Shown piece after piece: positions 1 to 10,439 of a stretch of DNA of 64,000 nt. A model generated the notes under the pieces. The model saw only the letters and a list, made by a program, of their open reading frames with translations. It searched no databases and was not told the origin of the DNA. The position numbers were made by a program, and so were the translations under genes. Origin of the DNA: Alkalispirochaeta sp. Its GTDB lineage: Bacteria; Spirochaetota; Spirochaetia; DSM-27196; Alkalispirochaetaceae. The DNA lies in assembly GCA_965242725.1 (NCBI GenBank), contig CBDESZ010000005.1, positions 64,001-128,000 on the forward strand. The letters run 5' to 3'. The first letter of the stretch is position 1, and every line of letters begins with the position of its first letter.

Positions 1-2
1 TG

Positions 3-1925
3 GGAGAGATTATTCTCGAGGCGGCCCGACAAAACCGGGCCCTTGAGATCGTTATCGCGATCTGGAACCCCCCGTCTTTTTTTGCGGCGGATCAGCATAT
101 TTCGGCCGATTTTCTGAGTGCAATAGAACAGGTGGAGAACATCACCCTTCATCGGGTGGCCCAGGACTCGGCCTTTCGGTCGCTCCATAAAAAGTTCATC
201 ATCCTCGATGACGAGCTCCTTTTTGTCGGCGGTATCGATATATCCCGAAACCGGTGGGACACCCCTGACCATCGATCGGACAACTCCCTGCGGAGGAATC
301 CCGGAGGCGAGCGATATGTGCCGTACCACGACGTCCAGGCGGTGATGTCCGGCGAGGTGGCTGAGGCGTTTTACCGGCAGGCGATCGCCGACGGTACACT
401 CCCGGGAGACGGGACGGCTCCGTCGGTGGAGTCAACCGTCCCGTCCCTGTGGCCCCGGGATGTCGACATTGCCGGCCGAAACGTACCGGTCGGTATTGCC
501 GAAACGACGGTCCGATCGGAAGACGGCGATGACGAAATGGGCGAGATCGGTGATCTCTATCTCCGCATGATCGACGAGGCGAAGGAATTCATCTACATCG
601 AAAACCAATACTTCAGCAGCGACGACGTTACCGGTGCACTGATCCGGCGGCTTGAGGAAGGTGATGGTCCGGAGGTGGTCATCGTCGTACCGCGGGAACT
701 CCCCGACGTCGTGGGAAAGTGGACGATGGGAATCAACTCGATGCATCACATTGCGGTTCTGCGGCGCCATGACCGCCACAACCGCCTCTTTGTCTGTAAC
801 CCCGTCGCTCCCGACGATCCTTCGGTGGCGGTGAAGGTGCATTCCAAGCTGATGATCATCGATGGACGCCTGATCACGCTGGGCTCCGCAAATATCAGTC
901 GGCGCTCGTTTTTTCTCGATCTGGAAACGAATGTTGTCATTGACGCCGCCGCAACCGCCGACGGCGAATGGGTTCAGCAGCTGGAGGATCGCCTCATGGC
1001 ACAGCATTGCGCGCTCTCTCCGGAAGAGTGGCGGGATCGGCGGGAGCGATATGGAGGGTCCCGTCTCGAGGCGTTTCGGTCCCGTGCCGAAGAGTGGAGC
1101 GGAATCCGTGAGCACACGACCGGCGAGGTTATCGGCGCCCTCCCGGCGGATTTCCTTAAAAAATTCGACATGAACCGTCCGCCCCCTCAGGAGCAGGTCC
1201 TTCAGCAGATTGCCCGTATTGATTCCGCGGGAATCGTACGGCGAATACGACAAAACTGGCTTCTTCTCACCGCACTCGCCGCGGTCATTGGAGCGGCCTT
1301 TCTTCTCTCCCGCTATGAGGTCGACATTGACCAGATTCTGGACCGGCTGAGTTCCCTGAACTCGTCCCGTCCCGTCCTCGCCGCGGCGGGAACGATCCTT
1401 GCGTACTGGCTCTCCATGGCGGTGTTTGTCTCCATCGTCGTGCCGATCGTCTTTTTTGCCGCCCTCCACGGTCCGTGGTGGGGAATGGTCTACTCAGTAA
1501 TCGGACTCTTTTCCGGGGCGGCCATATACTACGGACTGGGGATTCTGCTCCACCGGAATCGGTGGCTTGAGCGCTTTTCCGTCGTCCGGGTCGGAAAGAA
1601 ACAGCTGGAAAAGATCCGCCCCTACGGATTGTGGGCCGTCGCCATTTCACGAATGGTCCCCTCCGGGCCGTTTATGGTGGTCAATATCGTCACGGGGATG
1701 ATCGGTTTTACACCCCGGCAGTTTCTGGCCGGTTCCGCCATCGGGCTTATGCCGGGCATCGTGGCGCTTTCGTTCTTCGGCGATATCATCCGCGACGTCT
1801 TTACCGACCCGACGCCGTTGAGGGTTCTTCTGTTTCTGCTCTTTATCGCCCTCTATTCAGGGGCGGTGCGGTTGATTATCGGCGGAATCAGGCGCATCGC
1901 CGGCCGCAACGGGGCGAGTCGATAG
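3..1925 (+). CDS. Phospholipase D family protein fused to C-terminal VTT/DedA (SNARE-associated) membrane domain; 5'-partial
   Basis: Two HKD-type motifs (LHKKFIILD...GGIDI; VHSKLMIID...GSANI) and a hydrophobic C-terminus with a DedA-like 'SRMVPSGPF' motif. The frame is open back to the window start. Confidence 0.85.
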   Translation, partial: GEIILEAARQNRALEIVIAIWNPPSFFAADQHISADFLSAIEQVENITLHRVAQDSAFRSLHKKFIILDDELLFVGGIDISRNRWDTPDHRSDNSLRRNPGGERYVPYHDVQAVMSGEVAEAFYRQAIADGTLPGDGTAPSVESTVPSLWPRDVDIAGRNVPVGIAETTVRSEDGDDEMGEIGDLYLRMIDEAKEFIYIENQYFSSDDVTGALIRRLEEGDGPEVVIVVPRELPDVVGKWTMGINSMHHIAVLRRHDRHNRLFVCNPVAPDDPSVAVKVHSKLMIIDGRLITLGSANISRRSFFLDLETNVVIDAAATADGEWVQQLEDRLMAQHCALSPEEWRDRRERYGGSRLEAFRSRAEEWSGIREHTTGEVIGALPADFLKKFDMNRPPPQEQVLQQIARIDSAGIVRRIRQNWLLLTALAAVIGAAFLLSRYEVDIDQILDRLSSLNSSRPVLAAAGTILAYWLSMAVFVSIVVPIVFFAALHGPWWGMVYSVIGLFSGAAIYYGLGILLHRNRWLERFSVVRVGKKQLEKIRPYGLWAVAISRMVPSGPFMVVNIVTGMIGFTPRQFLAGSAIGLMPGIVALSFFGDIIRDVFTDPTPLRVLLFLLFIALYSGAVRLIIGGIRRIAGRNGASR

Positions 1926-1928
1926 TCT

Positions 1929-2726
1929 ATGGGCAACCGTGATTCCCTGACAGTCATGACCTACAATCTCCACGGTTGCGTCGGTACCGACAGGCGCTAC
2001 GATCCCCGTCGGAATCTGTCGGTGATAGAACGGGTGCGCCCGGACATCCTGGCTCTCCAGGAAGTGCGGCGGGACCGCGGCGCCGATTTGGATATTGTCG
2101 AAGAACTGGGCCGTGTCTATCCCGGGTACACCGTCCTCTTCCTGAAGACCCTTGTGGACGACCGCGGGGAGTACGGAAACGCCCTGATGTCCCGCTTTCC
2201 CCTCATGGGACACATCGACGTTGATCTGGATGAGGACGATCACGTCGCGGCGGCAACCGGCCCGTCTCGCGATGGCGGATCCGATTGTGACGAAGTTCAG
2301 AATACAAAAAAAATCGCCGAAGCGCGGCGGGCGATCTTTGTCAAAGTGGATGTTTCCGGTCTGTCCGTATGGGTGGTGGCGACTCACCTCGGCGTCGAGC
2401 GGTGGGCGCGCCGGGTGCAGGCGCGTCGTCTCGTTGCGGCGGTCCATCGACACATCGATGTGCGACGTGAAGCGGCACTGCTCATGGGGGATATCAATGA
2501 ATGGCGCCGACCAGATACCTTCATCCGCCACCTGGACCGACTCTTTTCCCGTCACGTGACGCGACGTACCTTTCCCTCCCGATTTCCTCTGCTCTCTCTC
2601 GATCGCCTCTGGATGACCGATGGTTTTGAGCGAAGACGTGTGTGGGCGCCGCGCTCACACCCCGCGAGAACCGCCTCCGATCACCTTCCCCTGTGCGCAA
2701 CACTGGCCATGCCCCTTGTCGGGTGA
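1929..2726 (+). CDS. Endonuclease/exonuclease/phosphatase (EEP) family protein
   Basis: Motifs MTYNLH, LQEV, YGNA, THL, GDINEW, LDR, SDHLP. Confidence 0.9.
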   Translation: MGNRDSLTVMTYNLHGCVGTDRRYDPRRNLSVIERVRPDILALQEVRRDRGADLDIVEELGRVYPGYTVLFLKTLVDDRGEYGNALMSRFPLMGHIDVDLDEDDHVAAATGPSRDGGSDCDEVQNTKKIAEARRAIFVKVDVSGLSVWVVATHLGVERWARRVQARRLVAAVHRHIDVRREAALLMGDINEWRRPDTFIRHLDRLFSRHVTRRTFPSRFPLLSLDRLWMTDGFERRRVWAPRSHPARTASDHLPLCATLAMPLVG

Positions 2727-2792
2727 GGCGCGCTGCGTCAGGACGGGTGGAATGGGGCGCACGCCGGTGCCGTATGGTATGATTGGTGCAAC

Positions 2793-3701
2793 ATGAATGT
2801 TGATACCAAAGAGACGCGCACGGGAATTCTGTATGTGAATGTCGCCACCCTTGCATGGGCGACCAATATCATTCTCGGACGGTATGTGCGTGACCAGATC
2901 GGGCCCCTCACCCTGACCGCGTTGCGCTACATTGTGGCGGGGGTGGTCTTCTTCCTGCTCCTGCGGCGACTGCCCAGAGAAGAGCGCCGCCTGGGAGAAG
3001 ACGTTCGTCCGCTTGCGGCCATGGCCGCAACGGGAATCGTCCTCTTTGCGCCGCTCATCTACTTTGGTCTGCGCTACACCACCGCCGTCAACGGTACGCT
3101 CATTAACGGCATGGGACCGCTCCTGACCGCTTTTTTTGCGGCATGGTTCATCGGAGAGCCCTATTCACGGCGGCAGCTGTGGGGAGCCCTGGCGGCAATG
3201 GTCGGAGTGGTCATTCTCATTACCGGCGGATCCATTCGCCGGCTCGCCGAGGTCGGGATCAATCCGGGAGACGCCCTCGTTCTTGCGGCGGCTGCGGTGT
3301 GGGGGCTCTACTCCGTCGCGGGGAGGCGGGCAACCCGACATCGGACCTCCCTTTCCGCGACGGCGCTCTCCATTTATCTGGGTCTGCCCGTTCTTTTAGC
3401 GGCGGCGCTGTGGGAGCAGCGGTCAATACCCGTCGTTTTTTCCGGCCGTCTCGTGGTGATTATCCTCTACCTTGGGCTGGTACCTGCCGCAACCGGTTAT
3501 TTTCTGTGGAATGTGGGGGTGAAAAAACTCGGCACCGGGGGTGCTATGGTCTTTTACAATACGTTGCCCCTCTACGGGGCGATTCTGGGCTTTTTTCTCC
3601 TTGGTGAGACGATCGCGCTCCCCCATGTGGTTGGGGGAGCCTTCATAATCGGTGGCGGCATCTTCTCAGCAATGACGCGGCGGGCCGCCGGCAGGGCGTA
3701 G
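2793..3701 (+). CDS. DMT/EamA family transporter
   Basis: About 10 hydrophobic segments in two EamA repeats; 302 aa. Confidence 0.9.
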   Translation: MNVDTKETRTGILYVNVATLAWATNIILGRYVRDQIGPLTLTALRYIVAGVVFFLLLRRLPREERRLGEDVRPLAAMAATGIVLFAPLIYFGLRYTTAVNGTLINGMGPLLTAFFAAWFIGEPYSRRQLWGALAAMVGVVILITGGSIRRLAEVGINPGDALVLAAAAVWGLYSVAGRRATRHRTSLSATALSIYLGLPVLLAAALWEQRSIPVVFSGRLVVIILYLGLVPAATGYFLWNVGVKKLGTGGAMVFYNTLPLYGAILGFFLLGETIALPHVVGGAFIIGGGIFSAMTRRAAGRA

Positions 3702-3766
3702 CCGGTCCGACCCGGAACGGGCCGGGCGGCGCGGCCGGGCGGCCTCAACCCGGGCGGCCAGGAGTG

Positions 3767-4495
3767 TTACTTCGGCGGCTCCCACGTCCCGCTTCGCTCC
3801 TCGCCTTCGAGACTCGGAATTTCAAAACGCATTCCCGGGTGGATGAGGTGAGGGTTGTCGGGGTCCCTGAGAATGTGACGGTTGGCCTCATAGAGGGGGC
3901 GCCACTTGGTGCGGTCGCCATAGACAAAGTCGTACCCGGCGATCTTGTTGAAGGTATCCCGGTTTTCCGGTATGAGACGAACAACATAGTAGCGGGGTAA
4001 GGGGCGACCCGCAGATTGCCGAACAGGTGTCAGCGACGAAAGTGTGTCCCTGACGAGGCGGAACCGGGGAAAACTTTCTTCATACCGTTTGGCGGTAAAA
4101 TCTGCTTCTCCTTCTTCCATCGCCGCCATTGCCGTCCGGTATTCTTCGGGGTAGTGTGTCGCCGCGTCGATTCGCTCGGCGTAGGCTATCTGCTCCAGGG
4201 CGCGGTTACGCATATTGTGCGCCCGATACGCCCATACCTGCTCTTCCGCCCATGTAACCGCCTGCCGGCGTTCCCGTTCCGCCTCTTCCGCGTATTCGAT
4301 GGCCTCTTCATATCTGCCGTCTTCGATGGCTTGTGCCGCCATCCCGCGAAGTTCCCTGGCTCGACGGGCGTGGGGGTTGTCCTCCAGAAGATTCTGGGCG
4401 CCGACGGACAGGACTGTGGAAAAAACAAGCAGAAAGAGGAAGAGCAACCTCCGGGTTCTGCGTATGGCGTTGCGACGGTTCTGTTTACGTTTCAT
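3767..4495 (-). CDS. Exported LysM-like peptidoglycan-binding protein (spirochaete type)
   Basis: Start moved to ATG 4495 (basic N-region plus signal peptide). Helical body and C-terminal 'YVVRLIPENRDTFNKIAGYDFVYGD..KW..LYEAN...NPHLIHPG..FEIP'. Confidence 0.75.
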   Translation of the reverse strand: MKRKQNRRNAIRRTRRLLFLFLLVFSTVLSVGAQNLLEDNPHARRARELRGMAAQAIEDGRYEEAIEYAEEAERERRQAVTWAEEQVWAYRAHNMRNRALEQIAYAERIDAATHYPEEYRTAMAAMEEGEADFTAKRYEESFPRFRLVRDTLSSLTPVRQSAGRPLPRYYVVRLIPENRDTFNKIAGYDFVYGDRTKWRPLYEANRHILRDPDNPHLIHPGMRFEIPSLEGEERSGTWEPPK

Positions 4496-5006
4496 CGTCC
4501 TCTCCCTCCACGTCCTGCTGCATGCGTTCCAACTCCCGAGCCGTCTCAATGAGATCGGAATCGAGAGTTTCCAGGGCGCGAAGCGCCCGTTCCCGCTGAT
4601 CCCGGGCCGCGACGTAGGCGTCGCGAAATCCGCTCCGGGCGGCGGTGAAGGCCGATAGGGCATCCCCATATTCTTCGGACGAGAAAAGCTCCTCTCCCCG
4701 GGACAGATGCTCCTGGGCGTCGTTGAAGAGTGAGCGCTGCGCCACATCCGCCTTTACGGAGAGGGCACGACCCCGCTCTGCCACCGCCTCTTCTTTCAGC
4801 TGTTCCGCCTCAGTCCGTTGTTGAGTGGACGGAGCGGGCGCCGGTTCTTCCGCAGGCTCTTCCGCCGGTTGCGGCTGCTGCGCCTCCGTTTGCGAGGGAG
4901 CCGGTGACGGTTGTTCCTCCTGGGGTTGCGGGTCCGGTGCGCCGGCACACCCAAGGACGACTACGCTTATTAAAATCGCCAGAATGAGCAAATGAGTTAT
5001 TTTCAC
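4485..5006 (-). CDS. Putative lipoprotein, helical/coiled-coil
   Basis: Lipobox-like VVLGC after a hydrophobic signal, P/Q/E-rich linker, 11-nt overlap with the downstream LysM gene. Confidence 0.7.
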   Translation of the reverse strand: MKITHLLILAILISVVVLGCAGAPDPQPQEEQPSPAPSQTEAQQPQPAEEPAEEPAPAPSTQQRTEAEQLKEEAVAERGRALSVKADVAQRSLFNDAQEHLSRGEELFSSEEYGDALSAFTAARSGFRDAYVAARDQRERALRALETLDSDLIETARELERMQQDVEGEDDET

Positions 5007-5131
5007 GAAAGTCCGCTCCTTGTCGTCATGGTTTCACAATCCTGTACGTATATATCTAAGGTATCGCGGGAATGTTGAGTCGTCCATGTATCTCGTTCCA
5101 CTACCGGTCCGACAGGGAAGTATGATATATC

Positions 5132-6895
5132 TTGTTGCCATTGGAGACTTGCGTGCCCGCAAAGAAACAGAAACCGCCGTTTACCGTACGAAACGTACTG
5201 CTCCTGACGACCATCGCTTCCATGATTCCCGCACTGATCGTCATTATCGTTACCGGAACGGAATACGGGCATACCCTCGAGAGATCGATACGCCTTGAGG
5301 TACAGCGTCAGGCCGAATCAATCGCTGAAATACAGGGGAGATCCACCGATGCGCTCCTCAACATGATGGATACGGTGGTGCATCTGCCGGCGTTCCGGGA
5401 GGGAAACGCCGAAGAGCAGCTGGAGATTCTGGAAGTCGTCCTCTGGCAGAACCCCCGCCTCCTCAACCTCACCGTCACCGATACCGACGGAATAGTCGTT
5501 GTCTCTCCCGGACTTGAACGGGGAACGGATCTCTCCGATCGGCGGCATGTGCAGGATGCCCTCAGGACGGGATCCTTTGCGGCAGGGGAATACATCCTTG
5601 CCCGTATCGATGAAACTCCTTCTTTTCCGTATGCCATACCGGTACGCAATCGCCAGAATGCAATAACCGGTATTCTCAGTGCCGTGTATCCTCTCGATTC
5701 CTTCGGAGAACATTTCGATCGCCTCGATCTACCGGAGGGGACGATACTGGGCATTACCGACCGGCACGGAGTACGGGTGTACTTTCATCCCGCGTTGGAG
5801 ACCAATCCGATCGGCTCTCCGATAAAGGAAGATGTGTGGAATGCAATTGTCGCGTCCCCAACGGGGGAAGGAATGGTCCGGTCGAGGGGATCCGACGGAA
5901 AAAGCCGTTTTTATGCCTTCCGGCGCCTTGCCCTGGGAAGCCAGACGCCGTACCTCTCGGTGGTTGTCGGGTTTCCCGAAGAGCTTGCAATGGGTCCGGC
6001 CAGACGGATTCTCGTCCGCAACATCCTTCTCATAATCGGTGCCGTTCTTGCCGCGATGATTACCGCCGTCACCCTCGGAAACATCGTCTTCACCCGACGA
6101 ATAGATCGCCTTGTTGATACCGCCCGGGCGATCGAGGGGGGCGATTTACACGCCCGGACGGGTCTGCGGGACGGTCCCGCAGAGATACACGTCATTGCCG
6201 CCGCAATTGACGACATGGCGGCGCGATTGGAGATCCGCGTGCGGGAGCGGGAAAAGGAAGAGGCGCGACTTGCCCGTTCGCTTCAGGAAAAAGAGACGCT
6301 CCTCAAGGAAATACACCATCGCGTCAAGAACAACATGCAGCTCATCCTGAGCATCATCCATCTCCAGCGGGACAACGTGGAGAGTATGGCGGAGGACTTC
6401 TACCGGAATCTGGAAACGCGGATTGCGGCGATGGCAAGTGTCCACGAAATGCTCTACCAGTCCCCTGACCTTTCAACAATCCAGATGCAGCCCTTTCTTG
6501 AGAATCTGGTGCAACTGGTCACGTACAGCGCAGTTCCACCCCAGGTCCTGGTCCAGGCGGGCGATATTACCCTCCGTATTGAAGCGGCCGTACCCCTCGC
6601 CCTTATCACCGGTGAACTCATGGTCAACGCCGGAAAGTACGGGGCGATCAACGGCGGGGGGTGTACGGTCTCCATTGCGTTGTTCCGCGAGGATGAACGG
6701 CTGATCCTTTCTGTAGCGGATAACGGTCCGGGATTTCCCGAAGGCTTCAGTCCCGAGGGGGGATCGGGGTTGGGTTACAGCCTCATATCGGCGTTGACTT
6801 CACAGCTTGGCGGAACGATGCACTACTGGACAGACGGAGGAGCTCATGTGCGCATAGAACTCCACGTGCCCGGCGGCATACCCACATATTTGTGA
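5132..6895 (+). CDS. Sensor histidine kinase (Cache + HAMP + HisKA_2/HATPase)
   Basis: Two TM segments, EIHHRVKNNMQ H-box, ELMVNAGKYG N-box, DNGPGF and GLG boxes. Start uncertain. Confidence 0.9.
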   Translation: MLPLETCVPAKKQKPPFTVRNVLLLTTIASMIPALIVIIVTGTEYGHTLERSIRLEVQRQAESIAEIQGRSTDALLNMMDTVVHLPAFREGNAEEQLEILEVVLWQNPRLLNLTVTDTDGIVVVSPGLERGTDLSDRRHVQDALRTGSFAAGEYILARIDETPSFPYAIPVRNRQNAITGILSAVYPLDSFGEHFDRLDLPEGTILGITDRHGVRVYFHPALETNPIGSPIKEDVWNAIVASPTGEGMVRSRGSDGKSRFYAFRRLALGSQTPYLSVVVGFPEELAMGPARRILVRNILLIIGAVLAAMITAVTLGNIVFTRRIDRLVDTARAIEGGDLHARTGLRDGPAEIHVIAAAIDDMAARLEIRVREREKEEARLARSLQEKETLLKEIHHRVKNNMQLILSIIHLQRDNVESMAEDFYRNLETRIAAMASVHEMLYQSPDLSTIQMQPFLENLVQLVTYSAVPPQVLVQAGDITLRIEAAVPLALITGELMVNAGKYGAINGGGCTVSIALFREDERLILSVADNGPGFPEGFSPEGGSGLGYSLISALTSQLGGTMHYWTDGGAHVRIELHVPGGIPTYL

Positions 6896-7788
6896 AAAAC
6901 GCGATAAAAGTGAGTGACATCGTCAAACCCCGCGGCAAATGCCGCACCGGCGATGGAAAGACGGTCGTCCGTCATGAGGCGCTGCGCCGTCGAGACGCGA
7001 AGACGCTGAAGGGTTGTAATAAAGGTCTCACCCGTGACACTTCGCCAGAGATCCGAAAACCGGCGGCGCGACAGATATACCGCTCCAGCCGCGCGGTCGA
7101 GGGTCCATTGTTCATGGGCAAACTCATGCAATGTCGCCGCCAGCGCCTGAACGCGCTCCCGGGCATCGGGCAGTCGGGGACGGCGGGAGAGGCGGGAAAG
7201 TTCAAGGAGAAACCGGGAAAAGGCGTTTTCAAGCTCAAGGCGTCGTGTGGTGGAGGCGGGATTGTACGGGTCCGACGTCCCCATGCGGGAGGGAGCACCT
7301 TCTTTCCGAGACTCCTGACCAGGTGGCCGGGCGACATCGGGTGACCCGACGTGGGGGCTTAATGCGATGAGCTCGCGCCATGATGTATCTCTCAGGTGCA
7401 GCGGCGCCGACCTGATCGCTCCACATTCGAGAGAGGCGGAAATGAGATCGCCCCAGACCTCCCGTCGACCGGGGACGCTGCGGACGGCGTCGTCGGTGCA
7501 CGCAACGAGAACCAGGGTGGAACCCCGGGCATCATGAATGATATGTCCCGTCCCGGCGGGTACGATGAGATAGTCTCCCGTGTGGAGGCGGTGCTCCTCG
7601 GCTTCGGCGTCGGTCGTACCGGGATTACGGTACAGACGAAAAATCACCGCACCGCGGAGAAGGAGAAAGACTTCGTGGAAATCGTGAAATTGCGGTTCCA
7701 TCGTGAAGGTCCGGTCATGCCGGCTTTCAACGGCGAGGATTCCCGACGGGGGTAGAATGAGCTCCCGCGGTCCGGGGGACGTGTCCAT
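6844..7788 (-). CDS. AraC family transcriptional regulator with cupin sensor domain
   Basis: N-terminal HDFHEV cupin; C-terminal 'AGFDDVTHFYRVFHKYVGMPP'. Confidence 0.9.
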   Translation of the reverse strand: MDTSPGPRELILPPSGILAVESRHDRTFTMEPQFHDFHEVFLLLRGAVIFRLYRNPGTTDAEAEEHRLHTGDYLIVPAGTGHIIHDARGSTLVLVACTDDAVRSVPGRREVWGDLISASLECGAIRSAPLHLRDTSWRELIALSPHVGSPDVARPPGQESRKEGAPSRMGTSDPYNPASTTRRLELENAFSRFLLELSRLSRRPRLPDARERVQALAATLHEFAHEQWTLDRAAGAVYLSRRRFSDLWRSVTGETFITTLQRLRVSTAQRLMTDDRLSIAGAAFAAGFDDVTHFYRVFHKYVGMPPGTWSSMRT

Positions 7789-7878
7789 AGGTGATTATTT
7801 CACATATTGCCCGATATGCAAATTTCTTCTCACTTGATCTACAAAGCGCGTCACGTCCGGTGAGTGTACAATAGCTTC

Positions 7879-8727
7879 ATGAGCAGCGACCATATAAAGG
7901 ATCAGTCTGTAGCCACCGCCGGAGGTGCGGTCATCGTCACCGGCGCCAGCCGCGGACTGGGACGGGGAATCGCCGTTTCACTTGCAGAAGCGGGATACAG
8001 TGTGGTTATCAATTATCAGAACAATGCACGCGCGGCGGAAGAGACGCGTCAACTCTGCGAGCAGACTGCCCGCGCGGCCGGGAAACGAGGGGATTCCGCG
8101 GCGTCACCGCAACGATTTCTCCCGGTACAGGCGGATATCTCCCGGACTGAGGATCGACGACGCCTCGTCGAAGAAACGATCGCGGAATTCGGTGCCATAC
8201 ACTCCCTGGTCAGCAACGCCGGCATCGCTCCGCGGGTTCGCGCGGATATCCTGGAGGCGACTGAAGAATCCTTTGAGGAACTGATGAAGGTGAATCTCCA
8301 GGGGCCCTACTTCCTCGCCCAGAGCGTTGCCCGCCATTGGATAGAGAGCGGCTCCACGGGAGAGGATGCGGGGCACCACATCGTCTTTGTCACCTCAATC
8401 AGCGCCGACACAGTCAGCATCAGCCGCGGTGAATACTGCATCTCCAAAGCGGGGCTCGCCATGGCGGCGCAACTGTGGGCGACGCGGCTGGCGCCCCTGG
8501 GTATTCCCGTCTATGAACTTCGACCGGGAATCATGGAAACGGACATGACTTCGGGGGTGAAGGAAAAGTATGATTCCCTCATCGCGGAAGGCCTCGTACC
8601 GCAAAGGCGGTGGGGCAAACCGGACGATATCGGACGGGCCGTACGCAGTCTCGTCGCGGGAGACTTTCGATTTTCCACCGGATCGGTCATCTATTCCGAC
8701 GGCGGATTTCACATATCCCGGCTGTAG
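7879..8727 (+). CDS. Short-chain dehydrogenase/reductase (3-ketoacyl-ACP reductase-like, probably sugar-acid)
   Basis: TGASRGLG, NAG and YCISK motifs. Confidence 0.9.
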   Translation: MSSDHIKDQSVATAGGAVIVTGASRGLGRGIAVSLAEAGYSVVINYQNNARAAEETRQLCEQTARAAGKRGDSAASPQRFLPVQADISRTEDRRRLVEETIAEFGAIHSLVSNAGIAPRVRADILEATEESFEELMKVNLQGPYFLAQSVARHWIESGSTGEDAGHHIVFVTSISADTVSISRGEYCISKAGLAMAAQLWATRLAPLGIPVYELRPGIMETDMTSGVKEKYDSLIAEGLVPQRRWGKPDDIGRAVRSLVAGDFRFSTGSVIYSDGGFHISRL

Positions 8728-8820
8728 GGCGGGGAGGCGAGGGCGCCAAGCGGAGTAACGGACCTGCGAGAGCTGCGTTGCGGTGCACCGTATGGCCGGC
8801 ACGAGCCGTACGCCGGTGCC

Positions 8821-8855
8821 GGCCGTCGCACCCCGGGCCGTCGCACCCCGGGCCG
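8821..8855 (+). repeat. 15-bp tandem repeat GGCCGTCGCACCCCG x2.3 in intergenic spacer
   Basis: Read directly from the sequence. Confidence 0.9.
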
Positions 8856-8885
8856 ACAGGACAAAAAGAAAACAAGGAGCAAATC

Positions 8886-10439
8886 ATGATAGACATATCC
8901 AAAACCCCGACCATTGAGGACGTCGCTGCCCGCCTTCCCGACGTGTGGAAGGCCGCATTGCGGGCGACGCGCCTCTTGAAGGACGCGTGGGCGCCGGAAC
9001 GGGGCACCCCCGTCTACACGGAAGAGGGCCGCTACACCACCCGCGGGTGGACCGAGTGGACCCAGGGATTCCAGTTCGGCAACGCCCTCTACCTCTATGA
9101 AGCGACCGGAGAAGAGGACATGCTCGTCCACGGCCGGGCGGCGACGACAAACCACATGGCGGGCCACCTCACCCACATCGGCGTCCACGACCACGGCTTC
9201 AACAACGTCAGCACCTATGGCAACCTCCTGCGCATGATGGCGGAAGGGCGCATCCCCTATGACAAGTGGGAGGCGGAGTTCTATCGCCTTGCCCTCAAAG
9301 TCACCGGCGCCGTACAGGCGGCGCGCTGGACGGACACCCGCGACGGCCTCGGGTACGTCCACACCTTCAACGGACCCCACTCCCTCTTCTCCGACACGAT
9401 CCGCTCCATGCGGGCGCTCTCGGTATCCCATCAGCTCGGGCACGTCCTCATGGGCGAGCAGGACCAGCGGATCAACCTCCTCAGCCGCCTCCTGGCACAC
9501 GCTGAATCCACCGCCCGGTACAACGTCTACTACGGCGCCGGTCGCGACCGCTGGGACGTCCGGGGCCGCACCGTCCACGAATCGATCTTTAACATCACCA
9601 ACGGCGTCTACCGCTGCCCAAGCACCCAGCAGGGCTACACCCCCTTCTCCACGTGGACCCGCGGCCTCGCCTGGATCGCCGCAGGGTACCCGGAACAGCT
9701 GGAATGGCTTGCCACATTGGACGACTCTGAATTTGAAAATATATCGAACGCCGGCGTTGCGGCGGAGCAGGTAGCCCCTCATGCGGGGTCGGCCAAAACG
9801 GTCCGCCAGGCGGTAGAAGGGCGCTGGCTCCGGACGGCGTGCGCCGTTTCCGACTTCTACATCGAAAACACCCCCACCGACGGCATCCCCTACTGGGACA
9901 CGGGCGCGCCGGGCCTCGAGAAACTGGGGGACTACCTCAACCGGCCGGCGGATCCCTACAACGACCACGAGCCGGTGGACAGCTCCGCCGCGGCGATCAC
10001 CGCCCAGGGGCTGTGGCGACTCTCAGGCTATCTCGAAGAGCACGCCGGCCGACTCGCAAAGTCCGAGCTTGACCTCGACGGCGGTGGGGCGCGGCGGCAC
10101 AGCGCTGAAGAGATCGCCGGGCGGGCCGGACGCTACCGTGCCGCCGCGCTGAAGGCGGCGCACACCCTCTTCGGCGAACCCTACCTCAGCACGGCGGGCC
10201 ACCACGAGGGCATCCTCCTCCACTCCATTTACCATCAGCCCAACGGCTGGGACTACGTCCACACGGGACAGAAAATCGCCAACGGCGAGAGCTGCATGTG
10301 GGGGGACTACCACCTCCTCGAGCTGGCAGTCATGCTCCAGCGCGAGGCCGACGGCCGCGGTGCCCAGCGCTTCTTTGACATCGACACCGCCGGCGTGGCA
10401 GGAGAAGCAGGCGGGAAGGGCGGTCACAGTGGGCGGTAA
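8886..10439 (+). CDS. Glycoside hydrolase family 88-like (unsaturated glucuronyl hydrolase-like) protein
   Basis: AAGGAG before ATG 8886; motifs WTQGF, HDHGF, QGY...STWTRGLAW, PYWD, DSSAAAI, WGDY. Confidence 0.75.
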   Translation: MIDISKTPTIEDVAARLPDVWKAALRATRLLKDAWAPERGTPVYTEEGRYTTRGWTEWTQGFQFGNALYLYEATGEEDMLVHGRAATTNHMAGHLTHIGVHDHGFNNVSTYGNLLRMMAEGRIPYDKWEAEFYRLALKVTGAVQAARWTDTRDGLGYVHTFNGPHSLFSDTIRSMRALSVSHQLGHVLMGEQDQRINLLSRLLAHAESTARYNVYYGAGRDRWDVRGRTVHESIFNITNGVYRCPSTQQGYTPFSTWTRGLAWIAAGYPEQLEWLATLDDSEFENISNAGVAAEQVAPHAGSAKTVRQAVEGRWLRTACAVSDFYIENTPTDGIPYWDTGAPGLEKLGDYLNRPADPYNDHEPVDSSAAAITAQGLWRLSGYLEEHAGRLAKSELDLDGGGARRHSAEEIAGRAGRYRAAALKAAHTLFGEPYLSTAGHHEGILLHSIYHQPNGWDYVHTGQKIANGESCMWGDYHLLELAVMLQREADGRGAQRFFDIDTAGVAGEAGGKGGHSGR

